Shown: one piece after another, positions 10,114-20,352 of the stretch | How the letters are laid out: the number at the start of each line of letters is the position of its first letter | How positions within the stretch are numbered: position 1 is the first letter of the stretch | Source: an uncultured Gammaproteobacteria bacterium | GTDB taxonomy: Bacteria; Patescibacteriota; Microgenomatia; UBA10105; UBA927 | NCBI GenBank assembly: GCA_964629685.1 | Contig: CAZVTT010000001.1 | Span: 833,319 to 897,318 of the forward strand | Length of the DNA: 64,000 bases | Direction: 5' to 3' | Program-made: the position numbers and the translations under genes | The notes under the pieces: model-generated | What the model saw: the letters and a program-made list of their open reading frames with translations, nothing else | Database searches by the model: none | Told to the model about the DNA's origin: nothing

Positions 10114-12096
10114 ATGGTTGAAGAATTAAAAAAGATAAAGCTGGAAACTACCACGCCTTTACCGCATATGAAAAAGAAACGCAGTAAATTACCGCTCATA
10201 ATACTCGCATGTATAGGTATTCCCGTATTGGTAATTGCCATCGTCGGCGGAATATTGGCATATATGCTTATGCCGCTGCGGACTGTAGCCGATAAAAGTC
10301 AGGTTGTCATGCAAACGGGCCGGGAATTGGCTGCTGCAGTAAAAACCCAGAACTTGGAAGAAACGAAGGTTAAGCTTGCACAGGCCAGGACTCAGTTAGA
10401 GGACGTAAAGCTTGAATACAATAAAGTTGCTGCTTTAAAGTCCGTTCCATTTCTTGGTTTGTATATCCAAGATGGTGAGCATTTCATGAACGCTGCTTTT
10501 GCCGGATTAGATGCGGGTGACAAGGCGGTAGAAGCTCTGGAACCGAACGCAGACCTGCTTGGACTGAAAGGAAAAAGTTCATTCGTATCGGGTAGTGCAG
10601 ATGAGCGAATTCAGACTGCGGTAAAAACGATGAATGCGCTGATTCCGAAAGTAAATGAAGTTGCTACCAGTATAGAAACGTTACAGAAGGAAATTGACGC
10701 TGTAGATCCAAACAGATATCCGGAAAAAATCGGGGATACCGAAATTCGAAGTAAAATGGTAGCCGCAAAAGAATTAATTGATAATGCTGCTACACTTTTT
10801 ATTAATGCTAAACCGTTATTGGTAAATATTCCGAAGATGTTGGGTGAACCAACAGAAAAAAGATATCTGATTTTATTCCAAAATGATAAGGAATTACGTT
10901 CTACAGGTGGATTTATTACCGCCTATGCTCAGTTTAGATTCGTACGGGGTAAGGCGATATTGGAGAAATCGGATGATATTTACAATTTGGATGCTGCCTT
11001 AACCAAAAAATTTCCGGCACCAAAAGAAATTCTTACCTTTCATAAGGGTGTAACCCAATTGAATCTGCGTGATAGTAACTTATCTCCGGATTTTAAAGAA
11101 TCAATGAAGCAATTCTTGGAAATGTATTCATATGTTTCCGGAAAAGAAAAAATTGACGGAATAATCGCATTGGATACCCATGTGTTTGTGGAAACACTAC
11201 GGATTCTGGGACCAACAACTATTTCCGGTAGGGTATTCAGTACTGAAATAGATAAACGCTGTGATTGTCCCCGTGCAGTATATGAATTGGAAGATTACTC
11301 AACCAGACCGGTCGGATACATTAGAACAGCCAGGAAAGATATTATTGGTACGCTTATGCAATACATGCTGCAACAGGCGTTGGGTGTATCTCCATCCAAG
11401 TATTGGGGACAGTTGTTCCAGATGTTGTTAACGCAGGTTAACCAGAAGCATATGATGACGTACTTTAGCGATGAGGAGATTCAAAAGGCAGCCGAAGCAT
11501 TTAATATGGCCGGGAGAGTTATGACGGCTAAAGAGACTGCCGCAGTACTTAAATATCAGGAAGGTAACGGATGGGATTATCTGCAAGTCATAAACAGCAA
11601 TATGGCAGGTGCAAAGTCAAATATGTTCGTTCGTGAAAAAATGACAAAAGAAATTACCGTTAATCAAGACGGGACAATTACGACAAAATTGACGGTTGAT
11701 TACAAGAATTCTTATCCGGGTTCAGACTGTAACCTGGAAAGTGGCGGACTTTGCCTGAATGCACCACTGAGGAATTGGGTACGTGTCTACGTACCTGCCG
11801 GTAGTACGCTGATAGACAGTAAGGGAACGCAATCACCGAAAGACGGTAAATCAGAACCGATGACGACGGCTGAAAGTTTAGGCAAGACGATGTTTGAAGG
11901 TTTCCTGATTGTAAATCCATTGGGAACTGCCAAATTGGAAGTAAACTACACCTCACCGGTAAAAAGTCAGGATGGAAAATACCGTGTGCTGTTACAAAAA
12001 CAACCGGGTACGGAAGTCCAGGAATTTAACGTGAAGTTAAACGGCAAGGACGTTAAAAAATTCGACTTCGTTACCGATACCGAATTAACGTTCTAA
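10114..12096 (+). CDS. DUF4012-like membrane-anchored extracytoplasmic protein
   Basis: It has an N-terminal signal anchor (LPLIILACIGIPVLVIAIVGGILAYML). The motif ...ILFQNDKELRSTGGFI... matches the N-A-E-x-R-A/S-T-GG core that I recall for DUF4012. Confidence 0.45.
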   Translation: MVEELKKIKLETTTPLPHMKKKRSKLPLIILACIGIPVLVIAIVGGILAYMLMPLRTVADKSQVVMQTGRELAAAVKTQNLEETKVKLAQARTQLEDVKLEYNKVAALKSVPFLGLYIQDGEHFMNAAFAGLDAGDKAVEALEPNADLLGLKGKSSFVSGSADERIQTAVKTMNALIPKVNEVATSIETLQKEIDAVDPNRYPEKIGDTEIRSKMVAAKELIDNAATLFINAKPLLVNIPKMLGEPTEKRYLILFQNDKELRSTGGFITAYAQFRFVRGKAILEKSDDIYNLDAALTKKFPAPKEILTFHKGVTQLNLRDSNLSPDFKESMKQFLEMYSYVSGKEKIDGIIALDTHVFVETLRILGPTTISGRVFSTEIDKRCDCPRAVYELEDYSTRPVGYIRTARKDIIGTLMQYMLQQALGVSPSKYWGQLFQMLLTQVNQKHMMTYFSDEEIQKAAEAFNMAGRVMTAKETAAVLKYQEGNGWDYLQVINSNMAGAKSNMFVREKMTKEITVNQDGTITTKLTVDYKNSYPGSDCNLESGGLCLNAPLRNWVRVYVPAGSTLIDSKGTQSPKDGKSEPMTTAESLGKTMFEGFLIVNPLGTAKLEVNYTSPVKSQDGKYRVLLQKQPGTEVQEFNVKLNGKDVKKFDFVTDTELTF

Positions 12097-12659
12097 TGAT
12101 ACGAAGCTATAAAATTGAAGGTATTGTTCTGAAACGAACGAATCTCGGTGAAGCAGACAGATTGGTTACGTTATTCACCAAGGAAAAAGGGAAAATACGG
12201 GCTATTGCCAAAGGCATTCGGAGAGTCCCCAGCCGTCGCGCCGGACACCTGGAGGTGTTTAATCGGGCGATTATATTTCTGCACAAAGGGAAACAGTTGG
12301 ATATTATAACGGAGGTTCGTTCCCGAAATCGTGTCGTGCAATTGCAAATGGATGTGCAGCGGGTGAGCTACTGTTATTACCTGTGTGAACTGGTAGATAA
12401 ATTATTACCAGAACAGCAAGAACATCAGGATGTGTATGTATTACTAGATAAAGCGTTGGAAGCAATAGACAGAGCAGACTCAAATGCGGATCGTGAGCAA
12501 CATGTTACTGATTTTGCGTTGGAATTATTGTGGACGTTAGGGTTTTTACCGAGATCACAAACGTTGTCTTCACCTCGCTTAACAACCTATATTGAGCAAA
12601 TAACCGAGAGGAAAATGAAGACTGCAGCGCTCTTGACAAAGCTTCACCGGCACGAGTAG
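12096..12659 (+). CDS. recO: DNA repair protein RecO
   Basis: N-terminal MIRSYKIEGIVLKRTNLGEADRLVTLFTKEKGKIRAIAKG is the RecO OB-fold N-terminus. The start overlaps the upstream stop (TAATG). Confidence 0.7.
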   Translation: MIRSYKIEGIVLKRTNLGEADRLVTLFTKEKGKIRAIAKGIRRVPSRRAGHLEVFNRAIIFLHKGKQLDIITEVRSRNRVVQLQMDVQRVSYCYYLCELVDKLLPEQQEHQDVYVLLDKALEAIDRADSNADREQHVTDFALELLWTLGFLPRSQTLSSPRLTTYIEQITERKMKTAALLTKLHRHE

Positions 12660-12764
12660 TATTAGACCAGCACGAAGAACTCAATGGCATGAGGGAGTGC
12701 AAAATGTAACGAAGAGCGCTTCGATTAGTATCGAAGAAATAGGGTGGAACCGCCCAGTTTGGGT

Positions 12765-12795
12765 CCCTAACACATAGTGTGTTAGGGTTTTTTTG
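12765..12795 (+). terminator. Rho-independent terminator
   Basis: A 10-bp perfect stem, CCCTAACACA-TAG-TGTGTTAGGG, is followed by TTTTTTT. It sits directly downstream of recO. Confidence 0.6.
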
Positions 12796-12806
12796 TGGGA
12801 GGGTAT

Positions 12807-14177
12807 ATGACGATTGAATCAGTTGTATCTTTATGCAAGCGTCGGGGATTTGTACTTCCGGGATCAGAAATTTATGGAGGATTGGCAAATTCATGGGACT
12901 ATGGCCCTGTAGGAGTGGAATTAAAACAGAACATAAAACAATTGTGGTGGAAAACTTTCGTTCACGGACGAGATGATATTGTCGGACTTGATGCGGCAAT
13001 AATAATGAATCCCCGAGTGTGGGAGGCATCCGGTCATGTATCTAACTTTGCAGATCCGTTAGTGGAGTGTAAATCCTGTCATACCAGGTTTAGGGTAGAT
13101 CATATAATAGATGCAGCAGATTTTATCAAAATCCAGTCTGATTCTGATAGGCAGCAACAATTCTTACAGGAAAAGATATCCTGTTCCGTTTGCGGCAAAA
13201 AGACCTGGGATAAACCAAAAAAGTTCAATTTGCTATTTCCGGTCCGGTTAGGAGCATCGGAAGAAAGTAGTAGCGTTTCGTATTTGCGGGGTGAGACTGC
13301 TCAAGCAATGTTTGTTGACTTCCCTCAGGTACAACAGACTACTGCAAGAAGGCTTCCGTTTGGTATCGCTCAAATCGGAAAAGCATTCCGGAATGAAGTT
13401 ACACCGGGAAATTTTATTTTTCGAACCCGTGAGTTCGAACAGATGGAAATAGAATACTTTATTGCCCAACCGAAAGCAGAGAAAGAATGGCAGGAATCAT
13501 TTGATCTCTGGAAATCGGAAATGCACAGGTGGATGGATTTGGTCGGAATTGATAGAAGTAAGGTACATGATGTGGAAATTCCCGATGGAGAACGTGCTCA
13601 CTATTCCAAAAGAACGATTGATTTTGAATACGAATACCCGTTCGGGCAGAAGGAATTGTACGGTTTGGCGTATAGAACAGATTTTGATCTAAAAAATCAT
13701 GAAGAGGCAAGCGGAAAATCCATGAAGTACCGTAATCCTGATACCGGAGAAGAGTATTTGCCACATGTCATTGAACCAACATGGGGTGTAGACAGAACGG
13801 TACTTGCCGTCCTGTGTTCTGCGTATCATGAAGAAGGTGAAGGCGATAAAAAAAGAGTATTTTTAAAGCTGCGTCCGTCAGTTGCTCCCTATAAGGCAGC
13901 AGTGTTTCCTTTAGTTAAGAACAAGCCCGAGTTGGTGGAACTTGCTCGGAAGGTGTATCTCGACTTAAAAACAACCATGAATGTGGCTTGGGACGAACGG
14001 GGAAATATTGGTAAACGTTATTTTGCTCAGGATGAAATAGGGACGCCTTGGTGCATCACAATTGACTATGATACACTTACTCAACAGACAGTAACAGTCA
14101 GAGATAGAGATACTACTACCCAGGAACGGGTGAAAATTGATTCACTTCGGCAATATATTGCCGGGCGGATGATATAA
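12807..14177 (+). CDS. glyQS: Glycine--tRNA ligase, alpha2 homodimeric type
   Basis: ATG at 12807 is preceded by GGGAGGG. MTIESVVSLCKRRGFVLPGSEIYGGLANSWDYGPVGVELKQNIKQLWW is the canonical GlyQS N-terminus. The ORF track start at 12795 is a GTG. Confidence 0.85.
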   Translation: MTIESVVSLCKRRGFVLPGSEIYGGLANSWDYGPVGVELKQNIKQLWWKTFVHGRDDIVGLDAAIIMNPRVWEASGHVSNFADPLVECKSCHTRFRVDHIIDAADFIKIQSDSDRQQQFLQEKISCSVCGKKTWDKPKKFNLLFPVRLGASEESSSVSYLRGETAQAMFVDFPQVQQTTARRLPFGIAQIGKAFRNEVTPGNFIFRTREFEQMEIEYFIAQPKAEKEWQESFDLWKSEMHRWMDLVGIDRSKVHDVEIPDGERAHYSKRTIDFEYEYPFGQKELYGLAYRTDFDLKNHEEASGKSMKYRNPDTGEEYLPHVIEPTWGVDRTVLAVLCSAYHEEGEGDKKRVFLKLRPSVAPYKAAVFPLVKNKPELVELARKVYLDLKTTMNVAWDERGNIGKRYFAQDEIGTPWCITIDYDTLTQQTVTVRDRDTTTQERVKIDSLRQYIAGRMI

Positions 14178-14191
14178 GCAGAAGGAGAATT

Positions 14192-14665
14192 ATGAAAAAA
14201 ACAACACTCATTGCCCTCGGGTTGGTAGTACTGTTAGTTATAACCGGCGGATTGGTATTTGCCATTATGCGTCGTCCAAAATCAACGACGAAGCCAGTGC
14301 CCGTAACCGAAAATGAAACACCGGTGGCATTACCCACCATAGATCCATCCGTTCAGATAACGGTAGGTGAAACAAATGGAAAAGCAAATACCATTACTGT
14401 CGCGGCAAACGGATTGGCGAATAAAGTAGCCAGTGTGGCTTACGAGATTACGTACGATAGTGAAGGTTTAATAAAAGGTGTAAATTCAGGCAGTAAACCA
14501 ATTGATGTCGCCGGAAAAGATACTTTCGAGCGTGAAGTGTATTTAGGAACCTGCTCACGCAACGTCTGTAAACCGGATACCGGCGTAAAAGCAGTTTCGG
14601 TGGTACTTGAATTTACTGATACTGCGGGTAATAAAAGCCAATTCACCAAGGAATATCCACTTTAG
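14192..14665 (+). CDS. Hypothetical membrane-anchored small secreted protein
   Basis: An AGGAG RBS lies upstream. An N-terminal TM (TLIALGLVVLLVITGGLVFAIM) is followed by a 130-aa extracytoplasmic domain. I do not recognise a family. Confidence 0.4.
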   Translation: MKKTTLIALGLVVLLVITGGLVFAIMRRPKSTTKPVPVTENETPVALPTIDPSVQITVGETNGKANTITVAANGLANKVASVAYEITYDSEGLIKGVNSGSKPIDVAGKDTFEREVYLGTCSRNVCKPDTGVKAVSVVLEFTDTAGNKSQFTKEYPL

Positions 14666-14696
14666 CCCCAACGAGATATCTGTCTGAACTCCAATA

Positions 14697-14716
14697 ATCC
14701 CCAAATTTTTTGGGAT
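14697..14716 (+). terminator. Weak hairpin, possible terminator
   Basis: A CCCAAA-TTT-TTTGGG hairpin is followed by a poor U-tract (ATCTGCTTTC). It lies in the 200-nt gap before mraZ. Confidence 0.25.
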
Positions 14717-14865
14717 CTGCTTTCATGGTTCCCTAAACGTTGACCGTTTCCGGAAATTCTATTCAGAGTATGTGAAATGGGAAGGAGAATGTTGTGAAAT
14801 GCTTGACAACTACATCAAAATGGTTAACTATGGATATTAGTGGGAGAAAATGGTAAATTAAGTTC

Positions 14866-15267
14866 ATGAAGCTATTCCTTGGGGAATACGGCCATTCACT
14901 GGATGAACGAGGTCGCGTCACACTCCCGCGAAAATTAAGACAGGAACTTGATGAGCGGGAAGTAGTATTATCGCGCGGGTTTGAGCCATGCATATTTGGA
15001 TTTGACAGATTAAGTTGGGAGCGTGAAGCGGCGAAGCACCTTGAAAATTCAGTCACCGATGAGCGAGCGCGACAGTTGCGACGGTATATGTTCGCACCTG
15101 CCGAAAAGGTTGAAGTAGATAAACTTGGTCGTATTCTCGTGCCTGCCCTGCTCAAGGAATATGCGGATATAGCAGTGAACGTAACGATCATCGGTGCAGG
15201 TGACCATTTTGAGATTTGGGATGAATTAAAGTGGAAGTCGTATGCTGCCCAGCTGACGACAATATGA
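14866..15267 (+). CDS. mraZ: Transcriptional regulator MraZ
   Basis: MKLFLGEYGHSLDERGRVTLPRKLRQELD... shows the two MraZ halves, and the gene is first in the dcw cluster. Confidence 0.85.
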   Translation: MKLFLGEYGHSLDERGRVTLPRKLRQELDEREVVLSRGFEPCIFGFDRLSWEREAAKHLENSVTDERARQLRRYMFAPAEKVEVDKLGRILVPALLKEYADIAVNVTIIGAGDHFEIWDELKWKSYAAQLTTI

Positions 15268-16130
15268 GATATCACGAACCCGTAATGTTAGCGGAATCAA
15301 TGTTGTATTTGGATGTTACTCCTGGACGACGGTATATAGATGCAACGTTGGGAGGTGGCGGACATACGGCAGAGATACTGCGGCGGGGAGGAATTGTTTT
15401 AGGGATAGACACGGACAATGATGCGTTGAATTACGTGCATACACATATAGTACCGCAGTTTCCATCCACACAACTTAAGACAGCACACGGAAATTTTAGG
15501 GATATAAAGACGATTGCAGTATCTCATTCATGGTCACCGGTTGACGGAGTACTGTTTGATCTGGGTGTTTCAAGTTGGCAGTTTGACCAACCAGCCAGGG
15601 GATTTAGCTATCGCTTTGAAGACGCTCAGTTGGATTTACGATTGGATCAATCAAAAGGTATTCCGGCTTTTGACATAGTAAATAAAAGTTCTGAGGAGGA
15701 GTTATATGAAATTATTTCAACGTTTGGTGAAGAAGAGCGTGCTCGGTCAATTAGTCGTGCTATTCTCAGCGCCCGTAAAGTAAGACCGTTGGTGACGGCG
15801 GGTGATGTCCGTAACGCATTGACGATAGCCCGCATCACACCGGCACCCGAAGTTTTGTCAAGAATTTATCAGGCATTGAGGATTGCGGTAAATGCAGAGT
15901 TGACGGCTCTGGATGCGGCATTGGGTGACCTGAAAGATATCGTAGTAAAACATGGCAGAGTGGTAATTCTGAGTTACCATTCTCTTGAAGACAGAAAGGT
16001 AAAGCGCTTTTTTGCCGGTGACAGTTGGCAAGAATTAACAAAAAAACCTGTAATGGCGGCTCAAAATGAGACAGAAATGAATAGAAGATCACGCAGTGCA
16101 AAATTACGTGCAGCGGAAAAATTGACATGA
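15264..16130 (+). CDS. rsmH: 16S rRNA (cytosine1402-N4)-methyltransferase RsmH
   Basis: ATG at 15264 overlaps the mraZ stop (ATGA). ...DATLGGGGHTAEIL... is the SAM motif. Confidence 0.85.
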   Translation: MRYHEPVMLAESMLYLDVTPGRRYIDATLGGGGHTAEILRRGGIVLGIDTDNDALNYVHTHIVPQFPSTQLKTAHGNFRDIKTIAVSHSWSPVDGVLFDLGVSSWQFDQPARGFSYRFEDAQLDLRLDQSKGIPAFDIVNKSSEEELYEIISTFGEEERARSISRAILSARKVRPLVTAGDVRNALTIARITPAPEVLSRIYQALRIAVNAELTALDAALGDLKDIVVKHGRVVILSYHSLEDRKVKRFFAGDSWQELTKKPVMAAQNETEMNRRSRSAKLRAAEKLT

Positions 16131-16417
16131 AACATAATATTGTATTACGGTTAATACCTGTTGGAACCATTATATTATTTCTGGCGCAATTGGTGGTTTC
16201 GAATCATCTGGCAGGTAGTGGGTTAGAAGTCCGTAAATTGGAAATCGAGATAGCCCGGATTCAGGATGAAAATCAGCAATTGGAACAGGATTTGGCAGCG
16301 AAATCCTCTTTATTCGCGATTGCAAGCAGAGCAGCCGATTCCGGATTTATAACGCCTTCTAAATATCAGAATTTTAGCTCCGATCAGTATCCTGTGGCAT
16401 TACGTCCACTGCCCTAA
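16127..16417 (+). CDS. ftsL: FtsL-like cell division protein
   Basis: The ATGA overlap with rsmH, a single TM and the coiled-coil KLEIEIARIQDENQQLEQDL match FtsL, as does its position between rsmH and ftsI. Confidence 0.5.
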   Translation: MKHNIVLRLIPVGTIILFLAQLVVSNHLAGSGLEVRKLEIEIARIQDENQQLEQDLAAKSSLFAIASRAADSGFITPSKYQNFSSDQYPVALRPLP

Positions 16418-16429
16418 TTGATTTCAGAT

Positions 16430-18109
16430 ATGATGCGTATCTGGACGGTATATACCGGTTTGCTTATTATCTGTCTATTAATTATTGTCCGGTTGTTTTA
16501 CTGGATGATTATTCAAGGTCCGCAGCTGCGTATTGAGGCAGAATCCCAGTATTTTCACCAACTACCTTTACCGGCACAACGTGGTGTAATCCTGGCACAA
16601 GACGGTTCACCACTGGTTATTAATCAGCCTGCCGGTTTGGTGTATGCTCAGCCAAAAGAAATTAAAGATGTACCGGGTTTTATTCGGGCAATTGCACCTA
16701 TCCTTGCTCTCGATGAAGCTTCACTTTCTGCACAGCTTTCATTACCTGATAGGGTTTGGATTCCATTAGCAAGAAAAGTCGATATGAAGCGCGTTCAACA
16801 ATTACAGGATTTAAAGCTTGAAGGGCTGGGAATAGAAAAGGAGTCTAAACGATTTTATCCCGAAGCATCAATGGCAGCACATATATTAGGATTTGTAGGT
16901 TCAGATCAAAACGGTGGAGATAAAGGATACTTTGGAATTGAAGGGTATTATGACCGTGAACTTCATGGGAAAGACGGTGTTATCCAAATGGAAAAAGATG
17001 TTAAGGGGGCTCCTATTCTTTTAGGTGAGTCACATAGGGTGGAACCGGAAAACGGGAGAACCTTGGTGTTATGGCTGGATCGTACCGTCCAGCATATCGT
17101 GGAACAAAAGCTTAAGGACGGAATAGAAAAATACGGAGCTGTTGAGGGCGCTGTCATAATGCTGGATCCGAGAACGGGAGGTGTACTCGCAGCGGCCACA
17201 TTTCCCAAGTATGATCCCAGTTCATTTAGGGATTTTGATAACGCAATTTTTAAAAATCCTTTAGTTGCCAGTGCATATGAACCCGGATCTACATTCAAAA
17301 CATTAGTAATGGGAGCAGGAATACAGGAAGGAGTGGTTACGCCGGATACCACTATGAATGAGGACGGTCCGGTACCGGTAGGACCTTATCTTATACGAAC
17401 TTGGAATAATCAATACCGAGGTCTAGTAACTATGACGGAAGTACTACAGCATTCATCGAACGTAGGAATGGTTTTTGTAGCGCAAAAATTAGGTCAACAG
17501 AAATTAATTCAATATATTCATAACTTTGGTTTTGGAGAGCTTACCAATATTGATTTGGAAGAGGAAACGCCTGCGACCATGCGCGATGATGCCGAATGGA
17601 AAGAGATAGATATGGCCACAGCTTCTTTCGGACAGGGAATTGCAATTACGCCGCTTCAAATGGTCCGGGCAGTAGCTGCTATAGCTAACAATGGGTGGCT
17701 AATGGAACCGCATATAGTAAAAGAGATTAGGGATAGCCGAGACAGGATAATAAAAATACCGGAACGCCGTATTCGGCAAGTAATTATGCCTGACACAGCA
17801 AAATCCGTAACGGATATGATGGTTAATGCCGTTGATCAAGGTGAAGCTAAATGGGCTAAACCGAAGGGATACCAGATAGCCGGAAAAACCGGAACAGCAC
17901 AGATTCCGGTTTCCGGCCATTACGACGAATCAAAAACTATAGCGTCATTTGTCGGATTTGCACCGGCATATAATCCTAAATTCGTGATGCTTGTTACCCT
18001 GAGGGAACCTACCAGCTCACCTTGGGGCTCGGAAACCGCCGCTCCGTTATTTTTCTCCATAGCAAAAGAGGTGCTATCGCATTATAGTATTCCTCCGTCA
18101 TCGAATTAG
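16430..18109 (+). CDS. ftsI: Peptidoglycan D,D-transpeptidase FtsI (class B PBP)
   Basis: The probable ATG is at 16430; the ORF track starts at a TTG at 16418. The active-site triad is present: S-T-F-K (AYEPGSTFK), S-S-N (HSSN) and K-T-G-T (AGKTGTAQ). Confidence 0.8.
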   Translation: MMRIWTVYTGLLIICLLIIVRLFYWMIIQGPQLRIEAESQYFHQLPLPAQRGVILAQDGSPLVINQPAGLVYAQPKEIKDVPGFIRAIAPILALDEASLSAQLSLPDRVWIPLARKVDMKRVQQLQDLKLEGLGIEKESKRFYPEASMAAHILGFVGSDQNGGDKGYFGIEGYYDRELHGKDGVIQMEKDVKGAPILLGESHRVEPENGRTLVLWLDRTVQHIVEQKLKDGIEKYGAVEGAVIMLDPRTGGVLAAATFPKYDPSSFRDFDNAIFKNPLVASAYEPGSTFKTLVMGAGIQEGVVTPDTTMNEDGPVPVGPYLIRTWNNQYRGLVTMTEVLQHSSNVGMVFVAQKLGQQKLIQYIHNFGFGELTNIDLEEETPATMRDDAEWKEIDMATASFGQGIAITPLQMVRAVAAIANNGWLMEPHIVKEIRDSRDRIIKIPERRIRQVIMPDTAKSVTDMMVNAVDQGEAKWAKPKGYQIAGKTGTAQIPVSGHYDESKTIASFVGFAPAYNPKFVMLVTLREPTSSPWGSETAAPLFFSIAKEVLSHYSIPPSSN

Positions 18110-18128
18110 TTCGGAATGACAGTGTATA

Positions 18129-18896
18129 ATGAAGCGTACTAATACTATGCTTGTACAATTTCCTGATGGACTTTACCGTTCAGATAAAATTGCATTCCGA
18201 AATCTGTTTTATGGCTTTACTACGCGACGTAACGGTGATATGCGGGTTGGGAATAATCGAGCAGCGGTTCTAAGTCAGCTTAATACCGTTTTAACCTCAG
18301 CCATATTTGCCCAACAAGTTCACGGAAATAAGGTATATACGGCGCACGATCAGAATCTTGGTACAACTATCCCCGAAGTTGATGGCGTTGTATATGCGGG
18401 TAAGGGAAAGGCCGTCCTAGGTGTTTTTGGGGGGGATTGTTTGCCTATATTGGCAGGAATGGAAAATGATGATGTCGAATCGTCTGCTGTTTCAGATCCG
18501 GTACTCGGCGCAGTACATGCTGGTTGGCGCGGCGTTTTTGGCGGGGTAATTCCGGCGCTGATTGCTCCAATGGTAAGGCATCAAATATCACCCCAACGCC
18601 TTAAGGTGGTAATAGGACCTCATATTCGGTCGTGTTGCTATAATGTCGCGGAAGCACGGGCTACAATAGCTGTAGAACTGTTCGGAAAAAATGCCGTATC
18701 TTTCCGTCAAGGAAAATATTTTTTGGATTTAACACAAATTGCGTTAAAACAATTCGAGAGCGAAGGTATAGATATTAGAAATATAGATTCTGACTCTCCC
18801 TGCACGGCATGTACTTCTGAAATGTTTTATTCATTCCGGCATGACAGTAAAGCTGATTTTGGTGAGATAATGGGGGTAATTGGTAAATATAACTAG
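18129..18896 (+). CDS. pgeF: Peptidoglycan editing factor PgeF (YfiH/DUF152, purine nucleoside phosphorylase-like)
   Basis: The motifs ...FGGDCLPIL... and ...VHAGWRGVFGGV... match the conserved His/Cys/His region of the YfiH family. Confidence 0.65.
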   Translation: MKRTNTMLVQFPDGLYRSDKIAFRNLFYGFTTRRNGDMRVGNNRAAVLSQLNTVLTSAIFAQQVHGNKVYTAHDQNLGTTIPEVDGVVYAGKGKAVLGVFGGDCLPILAGMENDDVESSAVSDPVLGAVHAGWRGVFGGVIPALIAPMVRHQISPQRLKVVIGPHIRSCCYNVAEARATIAVELFGKNAVSFRQGKYFLDLTQIALKQFESEGIDIRNIDSDSPCTACTSEMFYSFRHDSKADFGEIMGVIGKYN

Positions 18897-18897
18897 T

Positions 18898-20352
18898 ATG
18901 GTAATACTTAAGCCAGACGCGTTACCGCAGCAACGTTTCCATGCCGGTCAGCGGTTGTATTTTGTTGGTATAAAAGGTGTCGCCATGACAGCGTTAGCAG
19001 TATGGGCAACACAGATAGGGTGTATCGTCGTTGGTTCGGATTTACAACCGGATTTTCCGACGAAAGATCCGTTAACGCAAAGTGGAATAGTTCCTCTTAT
19101 CGGATTTAACCCTGATCATATAGAAAAAAGCTTACCGCTGGATGCAGTTATATACACCGGAGCTCACGGTGGAGCAACCAATCCGGAAGTGGTGCATGCC
19201 CAAGAGTTGGGTATCCCCGTATATGCACAGGGAGTGGCATTGGGAATGTCGATGCAGGGGAAAGAACAGGTCAGCGTGGCAGGTTGTCACGGAAAAACCA
19301 CCACCACGGCAATGGTTGCAACCATATTTATGCATGCTGGTCTGGATCCTTCATATGCGGTTGGATGTGGCGGCATCAGCGGTCTCGGTTTACCTGGACA
19401 CGCGGGGTTAGGTAAGTATTTTATTGCCGAGGCTGATGAATATATAACGGATCCGACATCAAATCACACACCCAGATTCTTGTGGCAACGGCCCAGTATT
19501 TTAGCTGTTACGAATATAGAGTATGATCATCCCGATGTGTACAGCTCGCTTGAGGAAGTGCAAGGCGCCTACTTATCGTTGCGTCAGCAGCTGGGGAAGC
19601 AAGGTAAGGCGGTAATAAATGGAGATGACCAGAACAGTGTGAAGTTACGGGAGGGGATGTATCAAGATGCTATTACTTTTGGAACAAATGAGTCAGCACT
19701 GTATCGGATTAAAGATGTAGTTGATCAGCCTGGTAATACTCGTTTTTCGTTAATCACCCCGGAGGGTACGTATTCATTTACGCTTAAAGTTCCCGGCCGT
19801 CATAATGTCGCTAATGCCACAGCCGCTATTGCCGTGGCACGGATAGCAGGAATATCCTGGGAGAATATAGCTGAAGGGTTAGAGCGATTTAAAGGAACAA
19901 AAAGGCGTTTGGAAACAGTCGGTGTGCGCAATGGTGTGTCGATAATAGACGATTATGCACATCATCCGACGGAAATACGTGCTTCTATTGCGGCGTTGCG
20001 AGACTGGTTTCCCACAAGGCGTATAGTCGTTATATTCCAACCGCACACGTATACCCGTACGAAGGCATTGTTATCCGAGTTCGGTACCGCATTTATTAAG
20101 GCTACTACAGTAGCAATAGCGCCGATATATTCATCAGCAAGAGAACAAAATGCAGCAGATTTAAGCTCGGAAACCGTCGCGGAACGGATACGAGTTACGG
20201 GTAAACCTGCCGTAACTGTACCGGAATATACAGATGTAGTACAATTTCTCGAACGGAACACCGGAAACGGAGATCTTGCAGTATTTATGGGTGCCGGAGA
20301 TATAAATGAATGGGCGTACAAGTATGCAAAATCCTCAGAAATACTCGGATGA
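18898..20352 (+). CDS. murC: UDP-N-acetylmuramate--L-alanine ligase
   Basis: ATG at 18898 is 2 nt after the pgeF stop. ...YFVGIKGVAMTALAV... is the MurC N-terminal Rossmann motif. ...GCHGKTTTTAMVA... is the Mur ligase P-loop. Confidence 0.8.
   Translation: MVILKPDALPQQRFHAGQRLYFVGIKGVAMTALAVWATQIGCIVVGSDLQPDFPTKDPLTQSGIVPLIGFNPDHIEKSLPLDAVIYTGAHGGATNPEVVHAQELGIPVYAQGVALGMSMQGKEQVSVAGCHGKTTTTAMVATIFMHAGLDPSYAVGCGGISGLGLPGHAGLGKYFIAEADEYITDPTSNHTPRFLWQRPSILAVTNIEYDHPDVYSSLEEVQGAYLSLRQQLGKQGKAVINGDDQNSVKLREGMYQDAITFGTNESALYRIKDVVDQPGNTRFSLITPEGTYSFTLKVPGRHNVANATAAIAVARIAGISWENIAEGLERFKGTKRRLETVGVRNGVSIIDDYAHHPTEIRASIAALRDWFPTRRIVVIFQPHTYTRTKALLSEFGTAFIKATTVAIAPIYSSAREQNAADLSSETVAERIRVTGKPAVTVPEYTDVVQFLERNTGNGDLAVFMGAGDINEWAYKYAKSSEILG

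Noticed and set aside
14803-14831. Sigma70-like promoter for mraZ (TTGACA at 14803-14808, 17-nt spacer, AACTAT)
   Set aside because: The -35 hexamer is perfect, but the -10 matches only 3 of 6 positions. I keep it as a weak possibility and do not list it as a feature.
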